From contig NZ_JRFE01000017.1 of the NCBI RefSeq assembly GCF_000756305.1, forward strand, positions 205,434 through 245,433: a DNA stretch of 40,000 bases, read 5' to 3'. Position numbers and translations under genes: made by a program. Every line of letters begins with the position of its first letter. The first letter of the stretch is position 1. This document shows positions 27,929 to 37,859 of the stretch, piece after piece. A model generated the notes under the pieces. The model saw nothing but the letters and a program-made list of their open reading frames with translations. It made no database searches and was not told where the DNA came from. The DNA comes from Myxosarcina sp. GI1. GTDB lineage: Bacteria; Cyanobacteriota; Cyanobacteriia; Cyanobacteriales; Xenococcaceae.

Positions 27929-28849
27929 TTATTCCTCCAATCCTAATAGAGCAGCAATCAAAGCCTTTTGTGCGTGCATGCGATTTTCTGCCTGATCCCA
28001 GATGCGCGATCGCGCTCCTTCCATGACTTCGGCGGTAATTTCTTCTCCACGATGGGCGGGCAAGCAGTGCAGCACAATTGCTTCTTTGTCGGCATGACTC
28101 ATCAGCTTTTCGTTGACCTGATATGGCTGAAAAATAGGCATTCTGGCATCGGCTAAATCTTCTTGTCCCATACTTGCCCAAACGTCTGTATAGACAATTT
28201 GCGCTCCCGTTACCGCTTCAATGGGATCTGTTAGAACTTCAATTTCTGAATTGGTAGCTAATTGTTTGGCTTGGCTAACAATTTCTGAATTTGGCTGATA
28301 ATCTTCAGGCGCGGCGATCCTTACGTTTAAACCCGTTAAAGCACCGCCTAAAAGTAAAGAATGAGCCACGTTGTTACCATCACCGACATAGGTTAAAGTC
28401 AAACCCTTTAAAGAGCCAAAATTTTCTCGTACGGTCAATAAATCTGCCAAAATTTGGCAGGGATGTTCTAAGTCGGTCAGAGCGTTAATAATAGGAATTG
28501 CAGCATACTCGGCAAAGGTTTGCAAATCTTGTTGGGCAAAGGTACGAATCGCCAAAATATCTAAATAGCGGTCTAATACTCTGGCAGTATCTTCAATTGG
28601 TTCGCCTCGTCCTACTTGAGTAACTTTAGGGTTGAGATCGATTACTTGACCGCCCAACTGATACATTGCCACGCTAAAAGAAACGCGAGTACGAGTCGAA
28701 GCTTTATAAAATAATAAACCCAGGACTTTATCGCAGCGAGGCTTTAATTCACCATTTTTTAGCTGTTTGGCTAGCTGCAACACATCTTCTATTTCTTGTT
28801 GGTTCAAGTCAGGTGTGGCTAGTAAATCTCTTCCCTTGAGTTGTTTCAT
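27929..28849 (-). CDS. argF: ornithine carbamoyltransferase
   Basis: STRTR, HPCQ, DVWASMG and HCLPAHRGEE motifs are present. I place the start at MKQLKGRDLL (ATG at 28849, 306 aa) rather than at 28927 as listed. Confidence 0.85.
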   Translation of the reverse strand: MKQLKGRDLLATPDLNQQEIEDVLQLAKQLKNGELKPRCDKVLGLLFYKASTRTRVSFSVAMYQLGGQVIDLNPKVTQVGRGEPIEDTARVLDRYLDILAIRTFAQQDLQTFAEYAAIPIINALTDLEHPCQILADLLTVRENFGSLKGLTLTYVGDGNNVAHSLLLGGALTGLNVRIAAPEDYQPNSEIVSQAKQLATNSEIEVLTDPIEAVTGAQIVYTDVWASMGQEDLADARMPIFQPYQVNEKLMSHADKEAIVLHCLPAHRGEEITAEVMEGARSRIWDQAENRMHAQKALIAALLGLEE

Positions 28850-28995
28850 AGTATGACTAGAGCAATTTTGGCTGTTGACAAGATATGGAAAAAACTCATT
28901 GTAAAACCAAAAGCAAAAGTAAAACAAATTTCTGCCAGACTATTTAGGTAGAAGCTGTATAGTATTTACAACATAATGCCAATCATCGATCGCCC

Positions 28996-29628
28996 ATGTT
29001 AGTCTCAGACTCCAAAAAATTTGTCTTTATTCATATTTATAAAACAGGCGGTACTAGCGTTCAAAAGATGTTGGAAAAATACGATCGGCGTTTCGATCTT
29101 ACCTGTCGGTTAAAATTATTGGCGAGAAAAGTTACTAATAGCGATATGCCAGTGCTGGCACGTCCTCACAAACACTTTAGTGCCGAAAAGGTCAGGACGC
29201 TAATCGGTGCAGATCGCTACGATAATTATTTTAAGTTCGCTTTTGTCAGAAATCCCTGGGACTGGCAGGTGTCGTTATATTACTATATGCTAAGAAGCCC
29301 CGACACTATGCATCCACTCATTCCCTTGGTCAAAAGTATGGAAAATTTCGATCGCTACATCCGCTGGCGTTGTAGTGAAGAAGTCAGGTTGCAATACGAT
29401 TTTCTCTATGCCGATGGCAAATTATTAGTAGATTTTATCGGTCGGTACGAACACTTTCAGTCAGACTTCGACAAAATCTGCGATCGCCTCGACATAGTTC
29501 GCCAGCAATTACCAAAGGTAAACACTACCAAGCGTGACAAATATCGTGACTACTACACTGCAGAAACACGTCTGCTTGTTAGTGAGGCATTCAGTATCGA
29601 TATTGAAACTTTTGGCTATGAATTTTAA
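28996..29628 (+). CDS. sulfotransferase-family protein (Sulfotransfer_2-like)
   Basis: 210 aa. FIHIYKTGGTSV resembles the PAPS 5'-phosphosulfate-binding loop, and FVRNPWDWQVS resembles the second conserved block. Acceptor unknown. Confidence 0.55.
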   Translation: MLVSDSKKFVFIHIYKTGGTSVQKMLEKYDRRFDLTCRLKLLARKVTNSDMPVLARPHKHFSAEKVRTLIGADRYDNYFKFAFVRNPWDWQVSLYYYMLRSPDTMHPLIPLVKSMENFDRYIRWRCSEEVRLQYDFLYADGKLLVDFIGRYEHFQSDFDKICDRLDIVRQQLPKVNTTKRDKYRDYYTAETRLLVSEAFSIDIETFGYEF

Positions 29629-29631
29629 TTG

Positions 29632-29652
29632 AAGCTTTAAGCCTTAAGCTAT
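29632..29652. repeat. heptamer tandem repeat (AAGCYTT)n, three units
   Basis: Read directly: AAGCTTT AAGCCTT AAGCTAT, immediately after the sulfotransferase stop. Confidence 0.6.
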
Positions 29653-29762
29653 TATAAAAAACTAATGGTTTTAACAAGGGGGTAGACGCAGTTTTTAACT
29701 AATTTAGAATTGGGTCGAGAAAATGTTAGAACGGTAGAGAATAATTGCGCTACAAAAGTTTG

Positions 29763-31424
29763 ATGTCACCAATTTCGTCTGTTATTGCCGATCGCTCTAC
29801 CGCTCGAATAAATAGTAGTAAGCGTTCTCGATTGGGTTTTAAATTAGCAGTTGCGATAATTAATTTGGGCTGCTGTTTGGGTATTCCTGCTTTGCCAGCG
29901 TCAAAAGCTATAAGTGCGGAAAACATTTATTTAGATTATGGACCGCTAGAATTTAGTTTATCGGTAAAATCTTTAGAGATTTATGCCAAAGAAGGCAAGA
30001 TCGAGAGCGATTTTAATACTTTTGCTGGCTATCTCCAACCAGCACAGTTAGAACAACTTAAAACTGCTTTAAGCACTAAAGCCGATCTAAGTCCCTTAGC
30101 GATCGCGCAATTTCTCTATTCCTATCAGGGAGAAAAAATACTCGAAAGAATTGGCAGGGTTATCAAAACTTCCGCAAGACAACCAGGTTTTTATGCTTTG
30201 CGTTCGGCATTAATTTTAGCCGCAGCCGACGAACGAGAAGGTTTGACTTTGCTTAACGTACTTAAAAAATATCCCACTCAAGGCATTCGCATTGATTCCA
30301 ATCAGGGGTTTGCCATTGTTGGCAGTATTAGTGAAATCATTCAAAAAAGCGAAAGAGCTTTCGCTGCTGTCGAACGAGAGGCGAGTGCAGAAAGAAATGA
30401 AAATCTTGCCGCTTCTAACCTTTTACCCATAAGCTCTAATGACTTTTCCTATCGCCAACAACTGTTAACTTTGCGCGATCGCCAACGCAAACGAACTTTC
30501 CCTGTCGATCTCTATTTACCTCAAACTGAGGGTAAAACTCCCCTAATTGTTATTTCTCATGGTTTGGGCAGCGATCGCACTACCTTTGCCTATTTAGCCA
30601 AATATTTAGCCGCTCGTGGTTTTGCAGTTGCCGTCCCCGAACATCCAGGTAGTAACTCCAGTCAAATTCAGGATTTGTTAGAAGGTTTTGCCAATGATGT
30701 CACTCCACCTCGTGAATTAGTCGATCGCCCTTTGGACATTAAATTTTTGCTAGACGAACTCGAAGCCAACTACTCTCAACAGCTAAATACTCAGCAGGTA
30801 GGAATTATCGGACAATCATTTGGAGCCTATACCGCTTTAGCTTTAGCAGGTGCCGAGTTAAATTTTGACAATCTGCGAAGTGAGTGCAGCAATCTCGAAG
30901 ATACTTTCAATATCTCATTGCTCTTGCAGTGTTTGGCATTAGAATTACCCCGTCGAGAATACCAACTGCGCGATCGCAGAATTGTCGCAGCAATAGCGAT
31001 CAATCCTTTAGTTAGTGCAGTTTTTGGTCAAGCTGGCATGAGCGAGATAGAAATTCCCGTCATGTTGATGTCTGGTAGTGCCGATCCTGTTACTCCAGCA
31101 TTAGCAGAACAAATCATGCCCTTTACCTGGCTGACTACAGAGCAAAAATATTTGGCTTTACTTAAAGGAGGAACCCATTTTTCGGTACTCAATGAGTCTT
31201 CTGGCAGTATTCCCGTACCACAAAGAGCTATTGGTCCGAGTCCTCGCATCGCTCAAAATTATCTCAAACAACTAAGTTTGGCTTTTTTTAAGACCTATAT
31301 TAGCGAGCGCCAAGATTTTCGAGCATATTTGTCCGCCAACTATGCTGCCAGAATCAGCAGGCAGGAGTTTCCTATAAGCTTGGTGCGATCGCTAAACCGA
31401 GAAAAACTAGAAGCAGCACCCTAA
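29763..31424 (+). CDS. alpha/beta hydrolase with an N-terminal DUF1400-like region
   Basis: The GQSFGA nucleophile elbow follows VISHGLGSDR. An N-terminal signal-like hydrophobic stretch (LAVAIINLGCCLGIPALPA) is present. First ATG at 29763; the ORF track starts at TTG 29745. Confidence 0.7.
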   Translation: MSPISSVIADRSTARINSSKRSRLGFKLAVAIINLGCCLGIPALPASKAISAENIYLDYGPLEFSLSVKSLEIYAKEGKIESDFNTFAGYLQPAQLEQLKTALSTKADLSPLAIAQFLYSYQGEKILERIGRVIKTSARQPGFYALRSALILAAADEREGLTLLNVLKKYPTQGIRIDSNQGFAIVGSISEIIQKSERAFAAVEREASAERNENLAASNLLPISSNDFSYRQQLLTLRDRQRKRTFPVDLYLPQTEGKTPLIVISHGLGSDRTTFAYLAKYLAARGFAVAVPEHPGSNSSQIQDLLEGFANDVTPPRELVDRPLDIKFLLDELEANYSQQLNTQQVGIIGQSFGAYTALALAGAELNFDNLRSECSNLEDTFNISLLLQCLALELPRREYQLRDRRIVAAIAINPLVSAVFGQAGMSEIEIPVMLMSGSADPVTPALAEQIMPFTWLTTEQKYLALLKGGTHFSVLNESSGSIPVPQRAIGPSPRIAQNYLKQLSLAFFKTYISERQDFRAYLSANYAARISRQEFPISLVRSLNREKLEAAP

Positions 31425-31905
31425 ACTGCAAAGGTTTAAACAATCGAATATTCAAAGTCTCGGTCTGATATCTCAAAGCTATTTTTAATGACCCGAACCG
31501 AGTTACTTCATTAAATAGAGCGATCTTCACTACTAAATGTCTAACATAAAACTAACTCGTTCTGTATCTTTGCCGAAGAATCCTTCAGTCCTTCTATAGT
31601 TTAGTTTCTTTCTTAATCACGGCAACTGTTTCTGCTGATTCGATGACAATTGCTTCTACATCTGGAAGCGAACCAATTCTATTTTAATAGGAAATAGTTC
31701 ACTGTAACGAGCGATCGCAATCTAGGCTAAAGTTTCGTTCCATAGCACCATTACTTGAATCTAGCCTGAGTGATAAATTACCGCGCTAGTAATTTTTTTT
31801 CTGGCTGTAATCTATTTACCCTTCTATCTTCTGAAAGATGAAGCGATCGCGTAATAAATTTGATAATAAGTCTGATAATATTTTGGTTTTGACATTTACA
31901 AAGTT

Positions 31906-33168
31906 ATGGCTCAGTCTCTCGACCCAACAAAGTTTAATATCGCTCTGTTAGGTTTGGGAGGGATTCTGTTCCTTTACGGATTGCTGTCTCGCTATATTAA
32001 AGAGCGACTTTATCTTTCTGCTCCTATTCTCGCTGTCTGTTTGGGAATCGTTTTGGGACCCATTTTTAATATTTTTAATCCCCAACAATGGGCAACCAGA
32101 GAACTAATTTTTGAAGAAATCACTCGTCTGGCAATCGCGATTCAGCTTGTTTCTACTGCTCTCCGTTTGGAAAAAGCTTATCCCTTGCATCGCTGGCGTA
32201 GTTTGGCGATTTTGCTCGGTCCTTTAATGCTGGCAATGTGGGCAGTCAGTAGCTTACTAATATATTGGTTTCTGGGGGTAGATCTTTGGGTCGCGCTCCT
32301 CATGGGTGCAGCGATCGCCCCCACCGACCCAGTTTTAGCCTCAACCATCGTTACTGGTAAATTTGCCGAAAAGCACCTTCCTTCAAGAGTTCGCAATCTC
32401 CTGGCTGCTGAGTCTGGATTGAATGATGGTTTAGCCTATCCCTTTGTTTTTTTACCCCTGCTTATTCTTATTCCATCTCATCCCAATCCTATCGTTCATT
32501 GGCTTACTGTTACTTTGCTTTGGGATGTGGGAGCAGCGATAATTTTTGGCTTACTTATTGGTTATCTGGCAGCCAAATTTTTGCAATGGGGACAGCGCAA
32601 GAAAACGATGGACAAACAGTCTTTTTTAGCGTACGTGGTTGCTTTGACTTTGATTGTTTTAGGGGGAATTAAATTAATTGGCAGTGACGGCATTTTAGCT
32701 GTCTTTATGGCAGGGGTGGGTTTTGACCTGGTTATCAAAGCGTCAGATCGCTTACAAGAAGAAAATGTCCAAGATGCCTTCGATCTGATTACTACTACAG
32801 TAACCTTTACTCTGTTTGGTTTGTTTTTACCGTGGCAAGAATGGCTATCTATCGGTTGGCAAGGATTAGCTCTGGTGGTAGCAATTTTGTTGCTGCGTCG
32901 CCTTCCAGCTTTCTTGCTTCTCAATCGCTTTATTCCCCATACTCAAGGATATAAAGATGCCCTCTTTATGGGTTGGTTTGGTCCGATTGGCGTTGCAGCA
33001 ATTTTCTACGCTAACCTGGCCGCACATGAAACTGGTATAGATCTGATATGGTACTTTACTAGTCTGATTGTTATGGGTTCTGTTATCGTTCATGGTATCA
33101 CTGCTGCACCTTTCTCGGTGCTGTACGAACAACACTCTGAGCCGCATTCTTTTGAAAATCGACAATAG
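31906..33168 (+). CDS. Na+/H+ antiporter (CPA1, NhaP-type)
   Basis: 420 aa, polytopic. AIAPTDPVLA and ESGLNDG are the hallmark CPA1 motifs. Confidence 0.75.
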   Translation: MAQSLDPTKFNIALLGLGGILFLYGLLSRYIKERLYLSAPILAVCLGIVLGPIFNIFNPQQWATRELIFEEITRLAIAIQLVSTALRLEKAYPLHRWRSLAILLGPLMLAMWAVSSLLIYWFLGVDLWVALLMGAAIAPTDPVLASTIVTGKFAEKHLPSRVRNLLAAESGLNDGLAYPFVFLPLLILIPSHPNPIVHWLTVTLLWDVGAAIIFGLLIGYLAAKFLQWGQRKKTMDKQSFLAYVVALTLIVLGGIKLIGSDGILAVFMAGVGFDLVIKASDRLQEENVQDAFDLITTTVTFTLFGLFLPWQEWLSIGWQGLALVVAILLLRRLPAFLLLNRFIPHTQGYKDALFMGWFGPIGVAAIFYANLAAHETGIDLIWYFTSLIVMGSVIVHGITAAPFSVLYEQHSEPHSFENRQ

Positions 33169-33296
33169 CTAGATAAACTCCGCAGCCAGGCTACGGAGAC
33201 AAAGCTAAAGAACACTGTTCTGTTTGTAGTATAGTGTTAACTACCAACTGATAGAGCGGATATAATCATTCGCTCTCGGTTCTCAAAATTTACTTT

Positions 33297-33569
33297 CTAA
33301 AGAACTCCAGCGTTACCCAATCCTAAAATCACGCCAGCACCAATAATATGTCCTAAGCTAGTAGTTGCCAACAGTTCGGGAACGCCAAACTTATCCCACA
33401 TTTCTGGTTGGGGGACGGGTAAATCTGGACCTTGACCTGGTTTTTGAATCGCATACCGTCCAATGGCGATCGCAATTAAATTGCACATAATCATCACGAT
33501 GGCTACCGAAGGATTCCAATCAATAGTTGCAGGAGTTGTCTGAGCCGCGAAGACTAAAGTAGATAGCAT
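33297..33569 (-). CDS. psaK: photosystem I subunit PsaK
   Basis: 90 aa with two TM helices. WNPSVAIVMI.CNL.AIAIGRYAIQ and ELLATTSLGHIIGAGVILGL match the PsaK pattern. Confidence 0.85.
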   Translation of the reverse strand: MLSTLVFAAQTTPATIDWNPSVAIVMIMCNLIAIAIGRYAIQKPGQGPDLPVPQPEMWDKFGVPELLATTSLGHIIGAGVILGLGNAGVL

Positions 33570-33690
33570 ATAAATATTGTTTCCTTGAATTGTTTATACT
33601 TTATGTGGTTTAGTTTATAGAGATTATAAAAATCTTTGGGCAAACAACTTCGTTTCTTTTAAATAATTAACAGTAAGATAGATTTTAATC

Positions 33691-34326
33691 GTGCGAGTTA
33701 AAATTTGTGGCATTACTCAAGCGCAACAAGGAAAAGCGATCGCTGCATTAGGTGCGACTGCTTTAGGGTTTATTTGTGTGGAGCGATCGCCTAGATACGT
33801 TAGACCGCAACAAATTAAAGCAATAGTGGAAACTTTGCCACCCGACGTAGATAAAATTGGCGTATTTGCCAATACCGCTTCAGAAACCATTTTGCAGACG
33901 GTACTTACTGCTAAGTTGACCAGTGTGCAGCTTCACGGTCATGAGACTCCAGAATATTGCGATCGCCTGCGTCAAATTCTGCCTTCAGAAATCGAATTAA
34001 TTAAAGCTTTTAGAATCAAAACTGCCGCAATTTTAGCCGAGCTCAAACCCTATCTCCATCGGATAGATACTATTTTGTTAGATGCTTATGACCCTCAAAT
34101 GTTAGGCGGTACGGGAAAAACTCTCGATTGGGAGGACTTAGAGCAATTTAATCCCGAGCTACCTTGGCTGCTGGCAGGAGGTTTAACCCCAGAAAATATT
34201 TTAGACCCTTTGTCACGTTTGAATCCTGACGGAATCGATCTTTCTAGTGGTGTGGAGCGATCGCCTGGTGATAAAGATCTAACAAAAGTAACCCAACTGT
34301 TCGAGAAGTTGCAAGCTTTTAATTAA
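33691..34326 (+). CDS. trpF: phosphoribosylanthranilate isomerase
   Basis: 211 aa with a GTG start. [16 protein letters not shown] and [11 protein letters not shown] are present. Confidence 0.85.
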   Translation: MRVKICGITQAQQGKAIAALGATALGFICVERSPRYVRPQQIKAIVETLPPDVDKIGVFANTASETILQTVLTAKLTSVQLHGHETPEYCDRLRQILPSEIELIKAFRIKTAAILAELKPYLHRIDTILLDAYDPQMLGGTGKTLDWEDLEQFNPELPWLLAGGLTPENILDPLSRLNPDGIDLSSGVERSPGDKDLTKVTQLFEKLQAFN

Positions 34327-34441
34327 ATCTCCATCGATAAAATATTAACTCAGACAAAAAATGCAGCGATGGCGATCGATTAACGTTTGCTCCCCTATTA
34401 GTTATATAGTTGATAGTTGGTTGTTTGTAAGTCGCTTGTCA

Positions 34442-35704
34442 ATGAAAATTTTAGTAGTAGGTAACGGTGGTAGAGAACACGCCCTGGCATGGACATTATT
34501 GCGCTCGTCCAATGTCGAAAGAGTATTTTGCGCTCCAGGTAATGGCGGTACCGCCACACTGAAAAATTGTCAAAATTTAGCTGTAGCCGTCGATGATTTT
34601 CAAGGAATAGCTAGTGCGGTAAAAGCCAATGATATTTCTCTGGTAGTAGTAGGACCTGAAGTACCTCTAGCTATGGGTATTACTGATTATTTACAGCAGC
34701 AGCAGATTCCCGTATTCGGTCCTACTCAGGCAGGAGCGAGGCTAGAGTCGAGTAAGTCCTGGGCAAAAGAGTTAATGCAGTCAGAAAATATTCCTACTGC
34801 CCAAGCCCATACTTTTACTGATGCTGCTGCTGCTAGGGAATATGTCGAACGACAAGGTGCGCCGATAGTAATCAAAGTCGATGGTTTGGCAGCAGGTAAA
34901 GGAGTAATTGTCGCTGCTACAGTTTCAGAAGCGATCGCGGCGATCGACGGTTTATTCGCGCAAAATTTTACTCAGTTGGTAATTGAAGAATTTCTAGCAG
35001 GGGAAGAAGTTTCGGTTTTGGCACTTACCGATGGTAAAACTATTCGCCCGTTAATACCCGCTCAGGATCACAAACGTATTGGCGAAAAAGATACGGGAAA
35101 AAATACTGGCGGTATGGGAGCTTACGCGCCACTGCCTCTAGTAGATGATAGCTTGCAGCAGCGAATTCAACAGGAAATTTTGCAACCCATTCTCAAAGCT
35201 CTAAACAAACGGGGTATCGATTATCGAGGTGTAATTTATGCTGGTTTGATGATTACACCCCAAGGCAATCCTAAAGTAATCGAATTTAACTGTCGCTTTG
35301 GCGATCCTGAAACTCAAGTAGTTTTACCTTTGTTGGCAACGCCTCTGGAGAAATTATTGTTTGCTTGCGTAGAACAGAGATTGGCAGCGCAACCGCCCAT
35401 AACCTGGAATGATAAAGCTTCAGTTTGTGTGGTCATAGCTTCTGGCGGCTATCCCGACAGCTATCAAAAAGGATATGAAATTTCTGGACTAAAAACCAAT
35501 AGCGAATCGGGAGTGACAATTTTTCATGCAGGAACCAAATTACAGGGCGATCGCCTTATAACCGATGGTGGCAGGGTTTTAGGAGTTACCGCCCTGGGAA
35601 ACAACCACTCAGAAGCAATCTCGCTGGCATACGGTACGGTAGCGACTATTCAATTTGAAGCTATGTATTATCGTCGCGATATCGGTCATCGTCTCAAACT
35701 ATAA
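34442..35704 (+). CDS. purD: phosphoribosylamine-glycine ligase
   Basis: MKILVVGNGGREHALAW at ATG 34442; the listed 27-aa upstream extension is unlikely. VIKVDGLAAGKGV, EEFL.GEE.S and EFNCRFGDPETQ are present. Confidence 0.85.
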   Translation: MKILVVGNGGREHALAWTLLRSSNVERVFCAPGNGGTATLKNCQNLAVAVDDFQGIASAVKANDISLVVVGPEVPLAMGITDYLQQQQIPVFGPTQAGARLESSKSWAKELMQSENIPTAQAHTFTDAAAAREYVERQGAPIVIKVDGLAAGKGVIVAATVSEAIAAIDGLFAQNFTQLVIEEFLAGEEVSVLALTDGKTIRPLIPAQDHKRIGEKDTGKNTGGMGAYAPLPLVDDSLQQRIQQEILQPILKALNKRGIDYRGVIYAGLMITPQGNPKVIEFNCRFGDPETQVVLPLLATPLEKLLFACVEQRLAAQPPITWNDKASVCVVIASGGYPDSYQKGYEISGLKTNSESGVTIFHAGTKLQGDRLITDGGRVLGVTALGNNHSEAISLAYGTVATIQFEAMYYRRDIGHRLKL

Positions 35705-35786
35705 AATTCATCGATTACTTCCGTACTAATTGATAGACTATAATTGCAAGCAACTTAACATTTATTAATTATTTACGCGGAGTATT

Positions 35787-37793
35787 TTGCTGACTCTTAT
35801 TACCAAGCTTAAAGAAATTATTGCCCTTTGGTGGTCGGAATTCACTCTCCAGACCAAACTCATGGCAGCAGCTACCTTAGTAGTTTCCTTGGTGATGAGT
35901 GGTCTTACTTTCTGGACGGTAAATACAATTCAACAGGATGCCAGAATTCACGACACTCGTTTTGGTAGCGATTTGGGATTGTTGCTGGCGGCTAATGCTA
36001 CTCCTTTTATTGCTGAAGACGATCTTAGTGGTTTAGCTCGTTTTTCCAGTCGTTTTTTCCTCAGTACTTCCAGCGTACGCTATCTAATTTATGCCGATCG
36101 CGATGGTAATATCTTTTTTGGTATTCCCTATTCTCAGGCTGAGGTACAAAATTCTCTGACAATTAAGCGACAAATTCAATTACCAGACGATTATGCTGAA
36201 AATAGCGAACTGCCATTTATTCGCCAGCACGATACTCCTAATGGGGAAGTTACTGACGTATTCGTTCCTTTAAGACAAGAAAATAAATACTTGGGAGTTT
36301 TAGCTGTCGGCATCAATCCCAATCCTACAATAGTCGCTTCTTCCAACCTGACTAGAGATGTCACAATTTCGGTATTTATTACCATCTGGGCGATGGTAAT
36401 TTTAGGCAATGTCTTTAATGCTTTGATGATTACCAGACCGATTAAAGAACTACTAGTCGGTGTGAGAAACATTGCCGCCAAAAACTTCAAACAGCGCATC
36501 GATTTGCCACTTAGAGGAGAATTAGGCGAATTGATCGCTAGCTTTAACTTCATGGCAGAACGTCTGGAAAAATACGAAGAACAAAATATTGAAGAATTAA
36601 CTGCCGAAAAAGCCAAATTAGAAACGCTAGTAACTACCATCGCTGACGGTGCGGTTCTCATCGACACCAATATGAAGATTATTTTGGTCAATCCTACTGC
36701 TAGAAGGCTCTTTGACTGGAAAGAAAATGCGATCGGTGAAAATATACTCCATCATCTACCCTCAGAACTTACTATCAAACTAACTAAGCCTCTATATCAA
36801 ATTATTGCTAACAAGAACGAAAGCGAATCGGAGGTTCAGACTCATGAACATAGTTTAACGATTGGTAATAGCGAACATCTAATTCCTCAAGATGAATTTC
36901 GCATTACGATCGCGCAACCAGTAGAAAGAACTGTTAGAGTTTTACTCAGACGAGTTGTCGATAGCGAACGGGAAAATATCAAAGGAATTGCCATGACCAT
37001 TCAAGATATTACCCGCGAAGTAGAACTCAACGAAGCTAAAAGTCAATTTATTAGCAATGTTTCTCATGAATTGAGAACGCCTTTATTTAATATCAAATCT
37101 TTTATCGAAACTCTGTTTGAATACGGTGAGGATTTAACCGAAGAACAAAAGCGAGAATTTTTAGCAACGGCAAATCACGAAACCGATCGCCTCAGCCGTT
37201 TGGTCAATGATGTTTTAGATCTATCTCGCTTAGAATCTTCAAAAACTTATAAACTTGGTGAAGTAGATCTGACCCAACCAATCGAACAAACTCTTAGAAC
37301 TTATCAGCTTAATGCCAAAGATAAGGGAATTAGAATCGAACGGGAAATTGCGCCAAATTTACCCACTGTTTTAGGGCATTACGATTTGTTATTACAGGTG
37401 TTGACTAACTTGGTTGGCAATAGTCTTAAATTTACTCATGCAGGTGGTAAAGTAACTATTCGGGCATACCCTGTCGAACCCGACACCGTAATTCCCACTC
37501 AACCACAACAGGTAAGAGTAGAAGTAATCGATACGGGAATTGGTATTTCTCCCGAGGACAAAGAAGCTATTTTCGAGCGATTTTTTAGAGTTGAAAATCG
37601 CGTTCATACTTTAGAAGGAACGGGACTGGGACTTTCTATCGTCCGCAATATTATTGAAAAACACAACAGTCAGGTTCATCTTACAAGCGAGGTTGGAAAA
37701 GGAACTACTTTTTGGTTCGATTTACCTATTTACGATAAGTCTCTAGACCATAATCTGGTACGAGCAACGGAAAAACAGGACAGTAAACCATAG
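35787..37793 (+). CDS. nblS: membrane sensor histidine kinase (TM-HAMP-PAS-HisKA-HATPase), NblS/Hik33-like
   Basis: 668 aa with two TM helices, a HAMP region (RPIKELL...FNFMAERL), a PAS region, the H-box SHELRTPLF, and N/G boxes (LTNLVGNSLKFT, DTGIGI, GTGLGLSIV). The N-terminus WWSEFTLQTKLMAAATLVV...NTIQQDAR resembles recalled NblS/Hik33. The TTG start is uncertain. Confidence 0.65.
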   Translation: MLTLITKLKEIIALWWSEFTLQTKLMAAATLVVSLVMSGLTFWTVNTIQQDARIHDTRFGSDLGLLLAANATPFIAEDDLSGLARFSSRFFLSTSSVRYLIYADRDGNIFFGIPYSQAEVQNSLTIKRQIQLPDDYAENSELPFIRQHDTPNGEVTDVFVPLRQENKYLGVLAVGINPNPTIVASSNLTRDVTISVFITIWAMVILGNVFNALMITRPIKELLVGVRNIAAKNFKQRIDLPLRGELGELIASFNFMAERLEKYEEQNIEELTAEKAKLETLVTTIADGAVLIDTNMKIILVNPTARRLFDWKENAIGENILHHLPSELTIKLTKPLYQIIANKNESESEVQTHEHSLTIGNSEHLIPQDEFRITIAQPVERTVRVLLRRVVDSERENIKGIAMTIQDITREVELNEAKSQFISNVSHELRTPLFNIKSFIETLFEYGEDLTEEQKREFLATANHETDRLSRLVNDVLDLSRLESSKTYKLGEVDLTQPIEQTLRTYQLNAKDKGIRIEREIAPNLPTVLGHYDLLLQVLTNLVGNSLKFTHAGGKVTIRAYPVEPDTVIPTQPQQVRVEVIDTGIGISPEDKEAIFERFFRVENRVHTLEGTGLGLSIVRNIIEKHNSQVHLTSEVGKGTTFWFDLPIYDKSLDHNLVRATEKQDSKP

Positions 37794-37859
37794 TAGCAAC
37801 TAGTTTGGAAGGCAGGGGAGCAAGGGAGAGTGCAAGTCAGATTTGCAATCGTTACTCGC

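Noticed and set aside
27861-28181. 106-aa ORF in an alternative frame of argF
   Set aside because: It lies almost entirely inside the strongly supported argF CDS and has an Arg/Ser-rich shadow-frame composition.
28850-28927. N-terminal extension of argF (MFYFCFWFYNEFF...) given in the ORF track
   Set aside because: The canonical OTCase N-terminus begins at MKQLKGRDLL (ATG 28849). The extension is aromatic-rich and unlike any OTCase.
31425-31905. 480-bp spacer before the antiporter gene, examined for an sRNA, riboswitch or tRNA
   Set aside because: I found only weak 5-6-bp stems (for example ATTAC...GTAAT followed by a T8 run near 31780-31800). There is no cloverleaf and no riboswitch core I could recognise, which is not enough to make a call.
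5475-33168. An 'osmotic-stress island' linking the MAA genes, SSF symporter, GH57, sucrose synthase and Na+/H+ antiporter
   Set aside because: The genes are scattered over 28 kb on both strands and interleaved with housekeeping genes (aroE, argF) and a mobile element. There is no shared regulatory motif, so the theme cannot be distinguished from chance without expression data.
34361-34441. 27-aa N-terminal extension of purD
   Set aside because: PurD proteins begin MKILVVG.GGREHA, and the internal ATG at 34442 restores that.
36191-36691. 166-aa antisense ORF inside the nblS-like kinase gene
   Set aside because: It is opposite a motif-rich kinase CDS, with no motifs of its own. The same reasoning applies to 681-923, 3956-4141, 6163-6372, 7096-7329, 7639-7836, 9306-9527, 9594-9897, 10390-10647, 11228-11537, 12625-12876, 13335-13676, 13849-14432, 17312-18232, 18544-18750, 19803-20066, 22951-23205, 27267-27900, 27968-28488, 31028-31249, 32178-33165, 37392-37607, 38115-38503 and 39578-39766.
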